Below are positions 23,309-35,379 of a stretch of 64,000 bases of DNA, piece by piece. The stretch spans positions 5,580,001 through 5,644,000 of the forward strand of contig OU015568.1 in the NCBI GenBank assembly GCA_907165135.1, in the 5' to 3' direction. The notes below the pieces were generated by a model. It saw only the letters and a program-made list of their open reading frames with translations, did not search any database and was not told the DNA's origin. Source of the DNA: Oikopleura dioica. Lineage: Eukaryota; Animalia; Chordata. The stretch's first letter is position 1. Each line of letters begins with the position of its first letter. The translations under genes were made by a program, and so were the position numbers.

Positions 23309-24708
23309 ACTGTGTATATCTCCAGAAATAATGAGCTAGAGTGATCTTTTCCCTAGAATCAAGTCTTTTGTTTCGATTCTTATTCAAAAATTGCGGTACG
23401 TGAAAAAAGCCCTCGATCAATCAGGTCAAATTGGGGGCAATTACATGTTCACTGGAAATCCCGATTCCGGAAGAGACCAATTCTTCGCAAGAATCTTCAA
23501 GTTGAAGAATTTCAAACAAACTTGAGCTTAGAACTCAAAGCGTTGATATTTGAAAAAGGTCTTATTGAGTAATTATTAATTACTAATTAAGCAAAGATGG
23601 ATTACTCGATTAAGTTTTTATTGAGTTCGAAAGGGCAAGAAAAGCTCTTCCTTTACGTCAGATTTTTGCGTGTTTCTATTTTCCTGTGGCCCACCGCAGT
23701 GCGTAAATATAAAAAAAGTACGAACAAAAATGAGTAATAAGAAGCCAGATTTGGGTGGGTACAACTTAATGGCCGGTAAGTCGGCTTGACGTAAAAGCTG
23801 TCAGCTTCGAAGAAAAATGACGAATTCCAAGGTTTTTCTTCTGGCTAGATTCTTGGAAAATTGAAGAAACTTCAACTTCAAAGCCAAAGAATTTCATGAA
23901 CAGGGAAATTCTCAAAATAAAAGAGGCTCGAAATGTCGCATAAATTTGATTAATTAGGCATTCTTGGTTGTTTAGTCCGGTTTTAGGAGGAATACGAGTG
24001 TTGTAGGAAAGAATTTATGGCAGTTTAGCTGATTAATTGGCAGAAATAGATAGTAAACCAACTTCCTGGTAGGAAAACTTGATGAATAAATAGCAAAATC
24101 ACATAAAAATCGGGCACGAATAGGAAAAGGAAGTGCATTTTTGGGAGACCAATAAGATTGGTGTATTTTGCCTATCGGCCAATGAAAAATCAGTTCCAGA
24201 AAATCAATTCCATTCCTTAGTTCTGCCCAAAAATCGTAATTTTTTCATAAAAATCGGAAGTTTTTCCACTTCAAACATGCAAAAAATCATCAAAAACATA
24301 AAAACCAGACTTGTCTATCACATGACAGAACTGCCGATCAAAAAATGAAGCATCAAAAGACTAGGTAACTGATGAATAGCTGTAACCTCATTGATTATTT
24401 TTACGTCTGAATACTCTTTTTAACAGCATCCTTTATTTTTTAGTATTGTCGTCTGTTCCAATTCAATTAAATATTGACATCAGATGTTACTACGCCATGA
24501 TTAGCCAGTCCCTTGAGATAGATCTTAGCCCCACGAGACTGGAGAATCTGTGGACTGGAGAACGAAATGACGCGCGTGGCAAATGGAGCTAGTGTGACGC
24601 CGCTATTCATCAACGCCGCTATAAATCGAGCACCCCGCCGCCAAAGCTAACAAACTCAACAAGAGCCAAAACGCGAATAAGTCACTTTCAAAAAAAAAAA
24701 GAGAAAGG

Positions 24709-24939
24709 ATGGAAGGATCCGCGACGACAACGTTTTTGACCCTTTCTGGAACAGTATTCGCCCTGTCACTCGTAATAATCGCAGTAGTAAAAGGAAGAAA
24801 AAGAAGGTTTCAAAACTGGAGAGAACTGAAGAAGCTTGAAAACCAGAATTATTGCTCTAGAATTGGAGAAATCGTACAACTGGAGGAAATTAAAGTATGG
24901 AATGCCGAACCTATTTCTTCTTTTCGAACGAATTTGTGA
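24709..24939 (+). CDS. Possible small single-TM protein
   Basis: 76-aa ORF with hydrophobic stretch FLTLSGTVFALSLVIIAVV followed by basic residues; no recognisable homology. Confidence 0.25.
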   Translation: MEGSATTTFLTLSGTVFALSLVIIAVVKGRKRRFQNWRELKKLENQNYCSRIGEIVQLEEIKVWNAEPISSFRTNL

Positions 24940-25150
24940 ATTATATGACTGTACTTGACCTACTTTTCTTCACTGCCAAAATGAAAGAATACAGAGTGAC
25001 TCGATTTTTATATGAAAAAATGCGTGTTTAAAATTTAAACTTTAAATTATTGAAGAAAAGGAAATTTGAAAACTTCGAACATCACTGATGTTACATCAGG
25101 GAAACTGAGCAAGAGCGCATTTGAGCAGGAGTATTTGAAAAACAGAAAAT

Positions 25151-26023
25151 TTATCGTTGAGAAACCAGCTCTCGCAGTTTTTCAAGAGCTTCAAGGCGGG
25201 CTTTCTTGAGTTCTTCGAAGACGAAATGAGTTCCATCGTCCAGTCCTTTGTGAACAATCGCTAGAATAAAAGATAAGAGGGGTAGAAAGAGGATTGGTGT
25301 ACCTGCAGCCCAGAAGATAAGAAAGGCAACTGTGAGCCAGTAGCACAAGGTGTAAATTGAGTAAAACGCGACGAAAATAAACTGGAATGGGAGGAGAAGG
25401 AAACTGGCGACGATTTTAGTAAAGGCGAAGTACACACTAAATCACCTCTTGAGCCGACTTCTCCTTTTTAAATTTCAAACCTGGAAAAAGCAGTAGGTCC
25501 AAAAACAAGCGTGCTATAAACCGCAGCCATGTAGACATTGAAAATGAACGAAAAACGAGCAGCGATGTCTGTACATTCGTCTGGATACGTCTTCGCTTGT
25601 CGATTTCCTCGAGCTCCTCGAGCTTCTTCGTCTTTTCCTCGAGCTCTCGGCGGAGAATCGTTTCGTTTGAGTTGTCCACGGCGCTGATGGTTTTTGCTCG
25701 AATGATTCTGATGTCGTCGAGCAGAGCGTGATCGTTGCATTCCGGACAGCGAGGAGAATTTGCCAGCCAGGTTTTGACGCAAGAATTGCCGAACAAATGG
25801 CCGCATTTCAAAGAACACACCCTGAAATAGAGAAATGAAAAGGATGGTCTTCGGCTACAGTGGATCTACGGTAGATCATCTACCTGTGCGAGCCTGTACT
25901 GGTCCAAACATCGAAGCAGATGGAGCAGACGTCCGATTCACTCTCTGACTTCGTTTCCTGAGTAATGTCCGTCACGAGCTCTGCGATTTGCGCAGTTTTC
26001 TTTTTGAAAAAGCGACCGAACAT
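25151..26023 (-). CDS. RFWD3-type RING finger plus coiled coil, followed by a hydrophobic multi-TM segment instead of WD40 repeats
   Basis: CSICFDVWTSTGSHR|VCSLKCGHLFGNSCVKTWLANSPRCPECN...DIRIIRAKTISAVD joined over intron 25883-25822. The junction to the TM ORF 25435-25151 is not resolved. Confidence 0.65.
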
Positions 26024-26195
26024 GATGTTGCTTTCTTTTCCGATTTCAGCTGACTGCGTTGAACATTTTTCTAAATCAAATTCTTGAAAGTTTTCTTCAA
26101 ATTTTGATGAAATAAATTGACGATCTTTCAAGTTGAAAAAGGCAGGTAAAAAGCAGGAAATCGTTATGTAGAAAACTATTTGAAAGACTGGGAAC

Positions 26196-28089
26196 TCAAA
26201 GGCCAAATCCTTTTCCCTTTGAAAAGTGCGTCTGCTGTCTTTTTCATCGGATTTTCAAGAGAAACACTTATTTATCAGCCCTTTTAACAGTATTATTATC
26301 TTTAAAAATCCGGTCCTAGCGCTGGCATATTGATTTTCAAACGCGTTGAACATCGTTTTCTATTGAAAAATTGTCAGTTTTGAAGCTCATTTGATGATAA
26401 ACCTGTTTTTCAAGCAATTTATCAGCTGCTTCTTTTCCCTCTCCTTCCTCTACTTGCAATTTGTTCGCGCCCATCAGCTACAAGACTTTTATCAGCCGTT
26501 TTTACGTAAAAGAAGGTACCTTTTGGAACTTGGAAGTTGTTTTATTGTCGCCAACAGACATGCTCGCCCAGAGCTTCTGCTGCTCGGTCACTTTTCCTGC
26601 TTCTGTTTCTTTGTTCTTTCTAGGATCGACAAATGCCCCCGAAATCCGGATCGGGTTTTCGTCGGGTTTTCTTGAAGTCGGAATTTTCCGATCGGGTTTT
26701 TGTCGGGTTTTCGTCGGGTTTTTGTCGGGTTTTTATCGGGTTTTTGTAGGATATTTTTCGGGTTTTTGTCGGGTATTTTTCGGATTTTTATCGGGTTTTA
26801 ATCGGGTTTTCATCGGGTTCTCGTTGGGTTTTCGCGACACTGAAGTTGAATCAAATATAATGAATCCAAATAGGCGAAAATAGACATAATTTTTGGCTAA
26901 CAGTATTCTGGGAGCTGTCTGTGAAGAAACTAATGAGTAGATCCGAAGAGAAACCCGACGAAAAACCCTACAAAAATCCGAAAAATGACCCTACAAAAAC
27001 CCGATTTTATAGGGTCGTCACAATTTCACCGTCGGGTTTTTGTAGGGTAGGCAGAATCCAACAAAAACCCGACAAAAACGTCGGTTTTCGATCGGGTGTC
27101 GGGTGGGACTTGTCGATCCTAGGTTCTTTCCTCCCCAAAGCAGCTTTCTTTTCGCTAAGAAAAGGGATTAATCGTCTCCAACGGGAGAAAGAGGCTTTTA
27201 CCTTGAGCTTCAAGGAATTTTGATTGTTCTGCTGGTCGAGCTAGATATTCAGGAACCTAAAAAAGCTATCAAAAACTGATTTCCGGCGATCCTGTGCAGA
27301 AAACCTGACTCAGAGTCTGAAAGATCACTTATGAAAAGCCGCGTAGCGGCTTATTTAAAATGAAGCCGCAAAGCGCCTTTTCATTAAAGATCTTAAAGAT
27401 CCTAAGTAAAGGACTTCCGACCCTGACTCAGGTTTTTACGCAGGTTGCCGAGCCCGAGGCACAAAAACATACCGCGATTCCTGTTTCTTTGGATTTTTCC
27501 TGAACTTCTCGTTCCAAACTAGCTCTGCTTTTCCTCGGTGATCTGGAACTTCTCCTCCTTCGATCCCTCGAGCGACTTCTGCTTCTTCTTCGATCCCGAC
27601 TTCTCGATCGCTTCTTGTGATCTCGTTTTCGATCTCTGTCTCTTGATCCTCTTCTTCGGTCTCTATCTCTTGAACGACTTCTTCTTCGATCTCTAGAAAG
27701 AAAGCGAATAAGAAGAAAGCGGCGTAATGTAACTTACCTGGACCGGGATCTTTTTCTTGAGGACTTGTGACTTCGCGTCCGTTCTCGTTCTAGATCGGTA
27801 TTTTCAAAAATCCGATTGTATCTCATTTTCATTACAGTAGTACTTCAATATAAATATCAATAAAATGAAGGACAATTTTTATAAAAAGATATGGAAATAT
27901 TATGAATTTAGGTTTTTTCTTACCTTTTTGTCTTTCGTCCTTCTTTTCTTTCAATCTTTCTCGGTCTCGCTCTGACGATCTTTCCCTGTAAGACCTGCTG
28001 AATTGCTTCTCCAGCTCGTCATCGACATCGACTTTTTCAGGACTTGCTTCTCCGTCTTTTCTTTTGTACTGTTTCGGCAATTTTCCCAT
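26196..28089 (-). CDS. RSRC2: RSRC2-like arginine/serine-rich protein with a C-terminal SMAP-type domain; one exon is interrupted by a MITE
   Basis: RS-repeat exons 27480-27800; AKRKLLWGG...KLWASMSVGDNKTTSKFQKLMG...QKTMFNAFENQYASAR...QTHFSKGKGFGL* parallels the RSRC2 C-terminus. Confidence 0.75.
26620..27122. mobile_element. MITE with CTAGGATCGACAA TIRs and (TCGGGTTTT)n arms, inserted in an RSRC2 coding exon
   Basis: Flanked by gttcttt on both sides (26613-26619, 27123-27129); removing it plus one copy restores WGGKNKE. Confidence 0.88.
27285..27457. mobile_element. Family A MITE in an RSRC2 intron
   Basis: CCTGACTCAG cores, hairpins, 3' end ggttgccgagcccgag. Confidence 0.7.
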
Positions 28090-28840
28090 TTTCCGAAATC
28101 AAAATCTAAAATCCAAAAAAATCAACCTAAAAAAATTGATAAAAACAAAACTTAATTCATTAAAAATTCTCATTATGAATTTCAAAGTGACAGTAAATCG
28201 TACAGTAGTTCATTTTTTCATTTCTCTTTATTCCATTACTCCAAGAAAAAAAATTCTCTCACTCTTCGCGCCCGGCCAATCAGCGCGTGTCATTTCTTTG
28301 TCTTCGAAAAACTGCTCTCTAGCGCCCCTGGAAACGATTTTCCACCTGATTTTTCCTCGACATAAAACTGATCCTTCACCTGACCTGATGGTGCAAAAAA
28401 AGGGTTGAAAATACTTGAATAAGATAAGAATATTAATAAAACAATCATCGCATATTTATTTTTGAGCTGGAAGAAAAGATAAAGAAATAATTTTTCATCG
28501 ACCGAGGTCGCCCTCGAGCACAATCGTGATTGCTCACAAAAATCACTCGAGAATTGTTCGTAACAGCCTATCAGCCAATAAACAATTAGCTTCATACAGC
28601 TGTCTGTCAGTTTTAAAACCAGCACTTTCCGGAAAACAGTGCCAGTTTGTTTTTTTGCTACAGTAAGATAATTTTGTACAGTAACAAAAAAAAAGAGGAA
28701 GAATTGAGAATTTGTGTAGTGAATGGTGATGTGATTCTTAGTGCGTTCTTGGTAGCGCTAGAATCTTTTTGTGGTAGTGTTTTTGTTGTGCAAATACGAA
28801 GGTTTCTGTATCAGGGGAGAGAGAATCGAATGAATGGTCA

Positions 28841-30118
28841 TTAGACAACAGCGATGATGGTGGTCTTGTCTCCAGCAGGAGCGGCAGCAACGCTGTTCTG
28901 AATAGCGACAAGATCAGACGCCCACCAAGCTCGCGTGGCTCCCAAAACGCCCCAGTACGCCATTCGTCGCTGCTCTTGTCCTTGAGCAGAGGCGGTGATG
29001 GCTGCTGGATATGTTTTGCCAGTGTTTCCACCATCGGCTCCAGAGGCAAAGTACAAGTTCCAAACAGTATCAGCAGCATTTCCGGGGATGGAAGTAGCTC
29101 CTGCGTGGCCGCTTTCGACGATCGCACCGGTTGGAATTCCGAAACCAACGGTGCTGGCACCTCCGGTGTAGCCGTAGAGGGGATGAGCCGTGTTCCTGGA
29201 ATGATGGTAAATTTTGTTCAGAAAGAAGGGTCTACTCACGTAAGGAAGTTGTTGGCGATGGTGGCTTGATCGTATCGAATCAATCGATTTCCAAAGAACG
29301 CGGCGTTATTAGCATCGGTGGCTCCAGAATCAAAGGTGTTGGTGCCCGCATCGGCGAACTGAGAATCGTGTCCCATGAAGCACATGCCATCAGATACCCC
29401 AGTGTTTTCGTTGAATTCGCACTGCTTGAAGCACTGGCGGCAGGTGGACTGGCCTCGTGGGGAGCGAATGCTCGGCCGTTGCTCGATGTAATGAGGTCGG
29501 CACTGGTCGGTGTGGTACTGACCGCCGAGGAAGTTTTGCTGCTGGAGGTCGTGGCAGGCTTGGGAGTTCTTGCAGCCGGTGCAGAGCTGGTTGACTTGCT
29601 GGTTGACCTCTCTCAGTTCAATAAAACACATGGAGGCTTCACCTTCGCAATATTGGAACTGCCCAAGCGCTGCGCATTCAGCCATGGTCATCTGATCGCA
29701 CTTGAAACAACCCGTCTTCTGGTACGTGGTGCTAGTCGTCGTCGACGGGGTCGTTTGAGTCGTGGTGGCTTGGACCACTCCGAAATATCTCTCCCCAGTG
29801 AGCTCAGCTGCGGCCGCTGAAGCAGCTAAAGCCGAGTCAAGGGCAGCTTCTCCGAGTTGGTCATCCGTTGCTGAATCTGCCACAGACTCCGCGAACATGT
29901 CAGGGGTTAGTCCATAATCGCCGAGGTCGATGCCTTCGAGGCCTTCGAGGAGATCGGCAAGGTCAAGGTCCTGAAAAATATTGTTGAAGAGAGGAAAAAG
30001 TCAACTTTATCTCGATTCGGAAAATAAGGGTATCACTTTGTTAATTTTGATCTCTCTAACAGTGACAAACCTGAGCGCGGACAGTGGAAGAAAGAGCAAG
30101 AACGGCGGAGAGCTTCAT
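28841..30118 (-). CDS. Secreted Cys-rich protein, oikosin-like (larvacean house protein type), 3 exons
   Basis: Signal peptide MKLSAVLALSSTVRAQ; acidic/Ala-rich linker; Thr-rich stalk; CFKCD..C..CFIELR..LCTGCK..AC..QCRP..CRQCF Cys array; TAA at 28841. Confidence 0.75.
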
Positions 30119-30582
30119 ATTTGGAGACTTATACTTGATATTCAAGCAAAGTAGGACTGATTTCCTGACCGTCCGATTTCATTTTATACCTTTGCTTCTG
30201 GCCGCAGCGCTATTTTGCCCGGCCCGATTATATTTTCAATTTCGCGTTTTTCGCGAGCCCGCGAGTTGTTTTTACTCGTGGTTGGGTTGATGCGAAGAAA
30301 AGGGAAAGGGTTGACATGATATTTTTGAAAGTTTTTTTGTTCAAGCTTTTTTCAATCATCGAAAATCTTGGAAATCATAAATCTGATAGGATTGGCTTCA
30401 TCTACTAGTAGTACTCGAAGCCGTGCAATTTCAATTCACGGTACACTTTTGATCCTCAGAAGGTCATTTGCTTGAAGAAGGAGATGATATTTACGTGAAC
30501 GGATTGACCTACTATGCGCTGGTGTATAAGCAGCGGGGAGGAGTCACGTTTCTTTAGACTTTTTTTTGGAAGAGTTGTAGGG

Positions 30583-31546
30583 ATGAAGGTACGTCTGTTT
30601 TCAGGTTCTTTTTATGAGAAAATTTGAGTTATGAAGGGTCTTTTTTCAGTGGAAACTAGCATTCCTGACTCTTGGAATCGAGGCGAGGCGCCATGAAAAG
30701 GGCGAAAGATGGGCCCTAAAGCAGCAGAGAATTCAGCTCAAATACGAAGCCAATGTCAATCACAACATCGACTCTGGTAGGAAAGGACATCAAAGACAGA
30801 AAAAATGAAATTTTAGGCGATCTTGCTGCTCGATCAGCACAGTCAGTTCAATTGATCTCTGGCGGCTGGACCCCATGTGATTCTAGCGGTGCTGTTTCAA
30901 AACAGCCTGGAAAGAAAAAGAGCAAATTCCACGCTTGTGTGGAAAAAGAAGGCTTCGAAGAAGATGTTCTCAAATGCGTCAATTGGAAAAAAGGCAGGAG
31001 CTCGATTTCGGTCATTTTTAAACGATTTAAGGGGGTGGAGAGGAAAGGTCTGCTGACGAAGCCTGCAAAAACGCTTGCCGAGATGTGATCTCTGTTGCTG
31101 CCAAAAATGGCCTCATCAAAGCCGTCGACAAATGCACTGATTCTGTCGATTTTGTCAAGAAACTCAAGCACAAGAAGCCTGAAACTATCGCTACCAACGG
31201 TATTTCCCCTCATTTTCTCTACGAAATTGACTGATTTCAAGGTGTTTTGATGTTCGATGACGATTTCGCCAACGATTCTAGCCCAAGACAGACGACTGCC
31301 TTGACCGATTCTGGCAAATCAAAGTCCCCGGTTAACCGAGGCCCAGGACGGCCTCAGTCAGAGTCGAAGGGAACCATGAGCTTTGGAGATCTTCCCGACG
31401 AGCTCCTGCTTTTCTCTGACGACATGGAGGACTTTGGAGAGCCGGAATTGATGCCAGAGAGAATGATAAGTCCCCAGTTTGAAGCGCCCAAGAAATCTGG
31501 AAAACGAAACAAACGAAAGAAGGGCAAAAAGGGGCGATCTGGCTGA
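30583..31546 (+). CDS. Secreted Cys-containing protein with acidic and basic low-complexity tail, divergent from the oikosin-like gene
   Basis: MK|WKLAFLTLGIEARR signal-like start. Exons join through GT-AG introns and probably one GC-AG intron (~30996) to TGA at 31546. Confidence 0.55.
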
Positions 31547-31958
31547 AAAGAAGACCATCTCCAAAAAGAGATCTTTTTCATTAAGGGGATACCCGCCGAT
31601 TTTTTCAAAACTGTCATTTTTGTGTCCAAAGAAACGTTGTTTTATTAAAATGATTTTTGATAAAACTGATTTGAAAAAATGCCGGGTATGACCTTTAATT
31701 TGAAATAAATCAGAAACAAGTTCATTTCTTTTTTATTTCCTTCAATCATTCAATTTTTGAGATATGTTCAGTAGTGAGACACTGACTGTATTTCACACTT
31801 TTGATTGTTTTATTTTCTTTTTGTCGCTTTTTTGAACAAGTTTTGGTGTTTTTTATAGTCAGTGAATTTTTCCAAAGCGCAGGGCAATCAAAAAAAGTCG
31901 TAATTTGGTTCTTGATTTTTGAATCTTTCCGAGAAAAAGACGATCTCATAATTCAAAG

Positions 31959-32399
31959 ATGCGATTTTTTCTGATTTTTATCTTTCTATCGACCAGATTT
32001 GCTCTTCCAGGAAGAAAGATTGAGGACACTCCGCGGATTTCTGAGCTTTATGGACGATTCTATGGAAGGAATGTTCGCCTGGGAGAGCAGATTACGATTG
32101 GCAGAGAACTTGCGAACTCAATTCTGAGCATGAAAACCGATCTTGGATTGGCAAGCACGCACGTATCGGAAGAATTTGCTTATGATTTGGAAGAATTTGA
32201 CGTAAGAACCTGTCAAAAAGCACTGTTTATCGAAATTTAGGGTGGCGAGTATCATGAAGATCTTGAATCGCCCGTGGAATCTATTCCTGCAATTGTCGAA
32301 GATTTGATGAAGAAATTCAAGGAGAAAGCGAAGTTCGATAAGTCGAAATTGCCAAAAATGACCTCGTTTCTTCCGCATCGCTTTGGATACTTTCATTGA
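31959..32399 (+). CDS. Small secreted protein, 2 exons
   Basis: Signal peptide MRFFLIFIFLSTRFA; gtaag...tttag intron joins in frame; ends ...MTSFLPHRFGYFH*. Confidence 0.6.
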
Positions 32400-32726
32400 C
32401 CGTTTTATGTTAAAATAAACGGACTTTCCGAATGAGACTTTCACGCATAGTTGTCACTTAGTTGCTTCAAACGACCATCTTTACAAGAAGAAAAATAAGC
32501 ATATTCCATTTGAAATGGACCATTTCAAATCAGCATGGCAAGAGAATACTTTGAGAATTCTTACAGTGAAAAACATGAAAGTTTTTTCAAAAACAACATC
32601 AATAATGTGAAAACAACAAGGTTAACTGCCCTCACTGTTACCCAAGTAAATCAATAAAATCATTTAAGAAGGCCCTCGATTCCAATTCCTGAAGAGAGAA
32701 ACAAAAAGAGACCTGAATATTCGAAG

Positions 32727-33548
32727 ATGTGCAAGTTTTTTGTAGCTGGAGTTATAGTCGTGCTGATGATCATTATTCCAACAGCAGTCATTGCCGGGAA
32801 TACAACGACTAAAGTCTTTACTACTTCGGCAAAACTTTCGACGACAGCTCCGAAGACGACGATAAGGACCACTTTAACAACAAAAACAACTTCAAGGACG
32901 ACAACTTCTACGACAACAATGACAACCACCACCACGACAACAACGACAACTACTACAACAACCACAACTACTACTACAAGTACAACAACCACAACGACAA
33001 CAATCACGACTTCAACAACAACTCCGACTACGACTCCGACAACTACTACGACTTTTCCACTCACAACAACTGCTCCTTGCACAATCTACCAACCCGTCAA
33101 GCCATATTTTTACAGCTGCGAAGGAATTCGAGCTGATGGAGGTAATCTTATCATTTCTCAACTTTCAATTACTTATTTAATCTTTCAAGTTCAATGCGAC
33201 ATTTTGCACCGGGTGAAAGTCATCTCGGCTTACTTCGGCAACTGGCCAGTCTACAGCGACCAAACTTGTCCAAACTGCGGCCAAGCTCCTGGCTTTTGCG
33301 ACCGAAAATGCTGCCAAATCGACTTGACCGAATACGCAAGAAAGGAGTGCAACGGAAATCGAAAGTGTACATTCACGGGTGACTCAACAATCGCGGGAGA
33401 TCCTTGCCCTGGAATCAAGAAGTTTACTTTTGTCAGTTACAAATGTGTGCCTTTTAAAAAGCCATCATCCGGCGGAAGAAAAAACTCGCTTGATGTTTTT
33501 ACTTTGCTTTGCTTCCTTTTTCTGTTTCAATCTCCCGGTTTAACTTAG
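32727..33548 (+). CDS. Mucin-like Thr-rich protein with a SUEL-type (rhamnose/galactose-binding) lectin domain and hydrophobic C-terminus
   Basis: Signal peptide; poly-Thr stalk; C..VKVISAYFG..C..C..C..C..GDPCPGIKKFTFVSYKC is the SUEL signature; hydrophobic tail suggests a GPI anchor. Confidence 0.85.
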   Translation: MCKFFVAGVIVVLMIIIPTAVIAGNTTTKVFTTSAKLSTTAPKTTIRTTLTTKTTSRTTTSTTTMTTTTTTTTTTTTTTTTTTTSTTTTTTTITTSTTTPTTTPTTTTTFPLTTTAPCTIYQPVKPYFYSCEGIRADGGNLIISQLSITYLIFQVQCDILHRVKVISAYFGNWPVYSDQTCPNCGQAPGFCDRKCCQIDLTEYARKECNGNRKCTFTGDSTIAGDPCPGIKKFTFVSYKCVPFKKPSSGGRKNSLDVFTLLCFLFLFQSPGLT

Positions 33549-35379
33549 TCTCCCCAGATAAAACAGAAACCCTGGATGTCTTTTGAAATTTTTATTTTAT
33601 TTTGCAAACATTTAAAAAAGTGAGGTTGAGACTATTTCAGATTTAAAAGCATAAACAGCATTTTTAAATTTATTTCAGAGATAAAATTGGGAATTCTCGT
33701 GCCAATCTCTTGGGCTTCAGGAGTTTTTCAAGTAGACTCATTTTTTCTAATACAGGGAAAAAAATCATACAGTTCCTTTTTATCCCTCAAAAAACCATCA
33801 GTGCATTCAATTGTAAAATTTCAAAGCATGAAATCAACTTCAAAATAAACAAAGAAGACGGCTTCAGTAGAATTTATAATCGACAAAAAATCTGATTCAG
33901 GTTTTCTGCAAAGCTTGCCAAGCTCAGGGACCAAGAGCCTTCGCTATCTATATCATTGATCTTATCAAAAATCTCTTCTTTTATTCATGGTACTCTTCCT
34001 TGTTTTCAATATTAAATATGACGAGAGAAATAGCCTAAAACATAAGTTAAATATTTGACACGTATTTTCTAGGGACTTTTCTCGTTAATTTTCACGATTG
34101 ATTAAATAATCGCCTTGGAAAGAGTTCCCGTAAAATCAATTATACTTTACTTACACAAGCTTCCTGCCCACCTGGCGCTCGATATATTTTTCCTTCCAGC
34201 GCGATAATTTTTACGAGAAGCAAATTCAGCACTTTTCGCCTCAAAAAACCACGTAATGAGGGGACACCTTTATTTAGACCTTAAATTTTTTGACTAAGTG
34301 GGCGATCTATTCTCCTCGTGCGGCGAAATTCTTCTACCGATATGCGGCATTTCAAACAATTTAGAATTCCGACAGCTCATTTTTGGCAAAAAGACTATGA
34401 GCAACAAAATCACTCGTTTTTTAGAAAATATGTGTAAAGAGTTCTTTCTTCTTTTTCCATTTTTGGTCAAGTTTGTATATTTGTCTGTTCGAAAAGATAC
34501 TTCCTGAGCTTTAAGCTTATCCCTGCTTAGAAATTTCAGCGCTCGAAAAAAGGTCGCGGCAGTCGTTTTGTTTTCTGTTTTTGAAATTGTTCTAAATCCC
34601 GCCGATGAAACGTGGTTTGCAGCGTGCTTGCATCGCTGCTGCTGATAACTTTGTACGTAAACCGGAAATCTTCAAGAGACCGAGATGTTGGGATAGACAA
34701 AGATCGCGACATATTCTATTAACAGGGAAAATAAGAAAGAAGGAAGAAAAATAAGAAATTCGAGACGATAAATTACGGTGTTTTTCCCTTCTGTGTTTAT
34801 AACAAAAACGGCAATTACAATTTTATTGATGTCGAATTTTAAACAAAAAACAGAAATAATTATCGCTTGAAATTATTTTTTCGCGAAAATTACTCGCCTT
34901 CACGGAGCTCATGTTTTTTATCTACCGCGGGATCTGAAATATTTAATTCAACGTTTTTTTATCGCTTGTTCATTCTCATTTGCATTTTCTGTTTTCCAGT
35001 AATAAAAGGAAGAGAACGTTATAATTCTTGTTAAAAGGGGGATTTCAGCGGTCCGGTGAAAAAGTTATCAAATCGAGTTCAAATCAGGTGAACCGCAGCT
35101 GACCTCGAATTAGTGCTTGATTCCTGGAGCAGGTTTTTTAAAGGCACAGTTTTCACTCGGTATAAAAATGCTAAGGATGTCACTATGATAAATGTCGAAA
35201 AAAGATGAGCTGAAAATTTCTTGCCAAATTTCTCGAAAATTGCCAAAATTTATGAAAATGGATTTTGATTGGACAGAAGGCCAAATTAAGCAATCTTATT
35301 GGCTAGCGAAAAAATGCGCTTCCTGGCTTGTATCTTCTTTCTTTTGGTTTGTGCTCTAGAATTGGCATTTTGGTCAAAG

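Noticed and set aside
32860-33070. (ACA/ACG/ACT)n microsatellite and antisense poly-Val ORF 32660-33082
   Set aside because: It is the Thr-rich stalk of the plus-strand lectin gene; the antisense ORF is a shadow.
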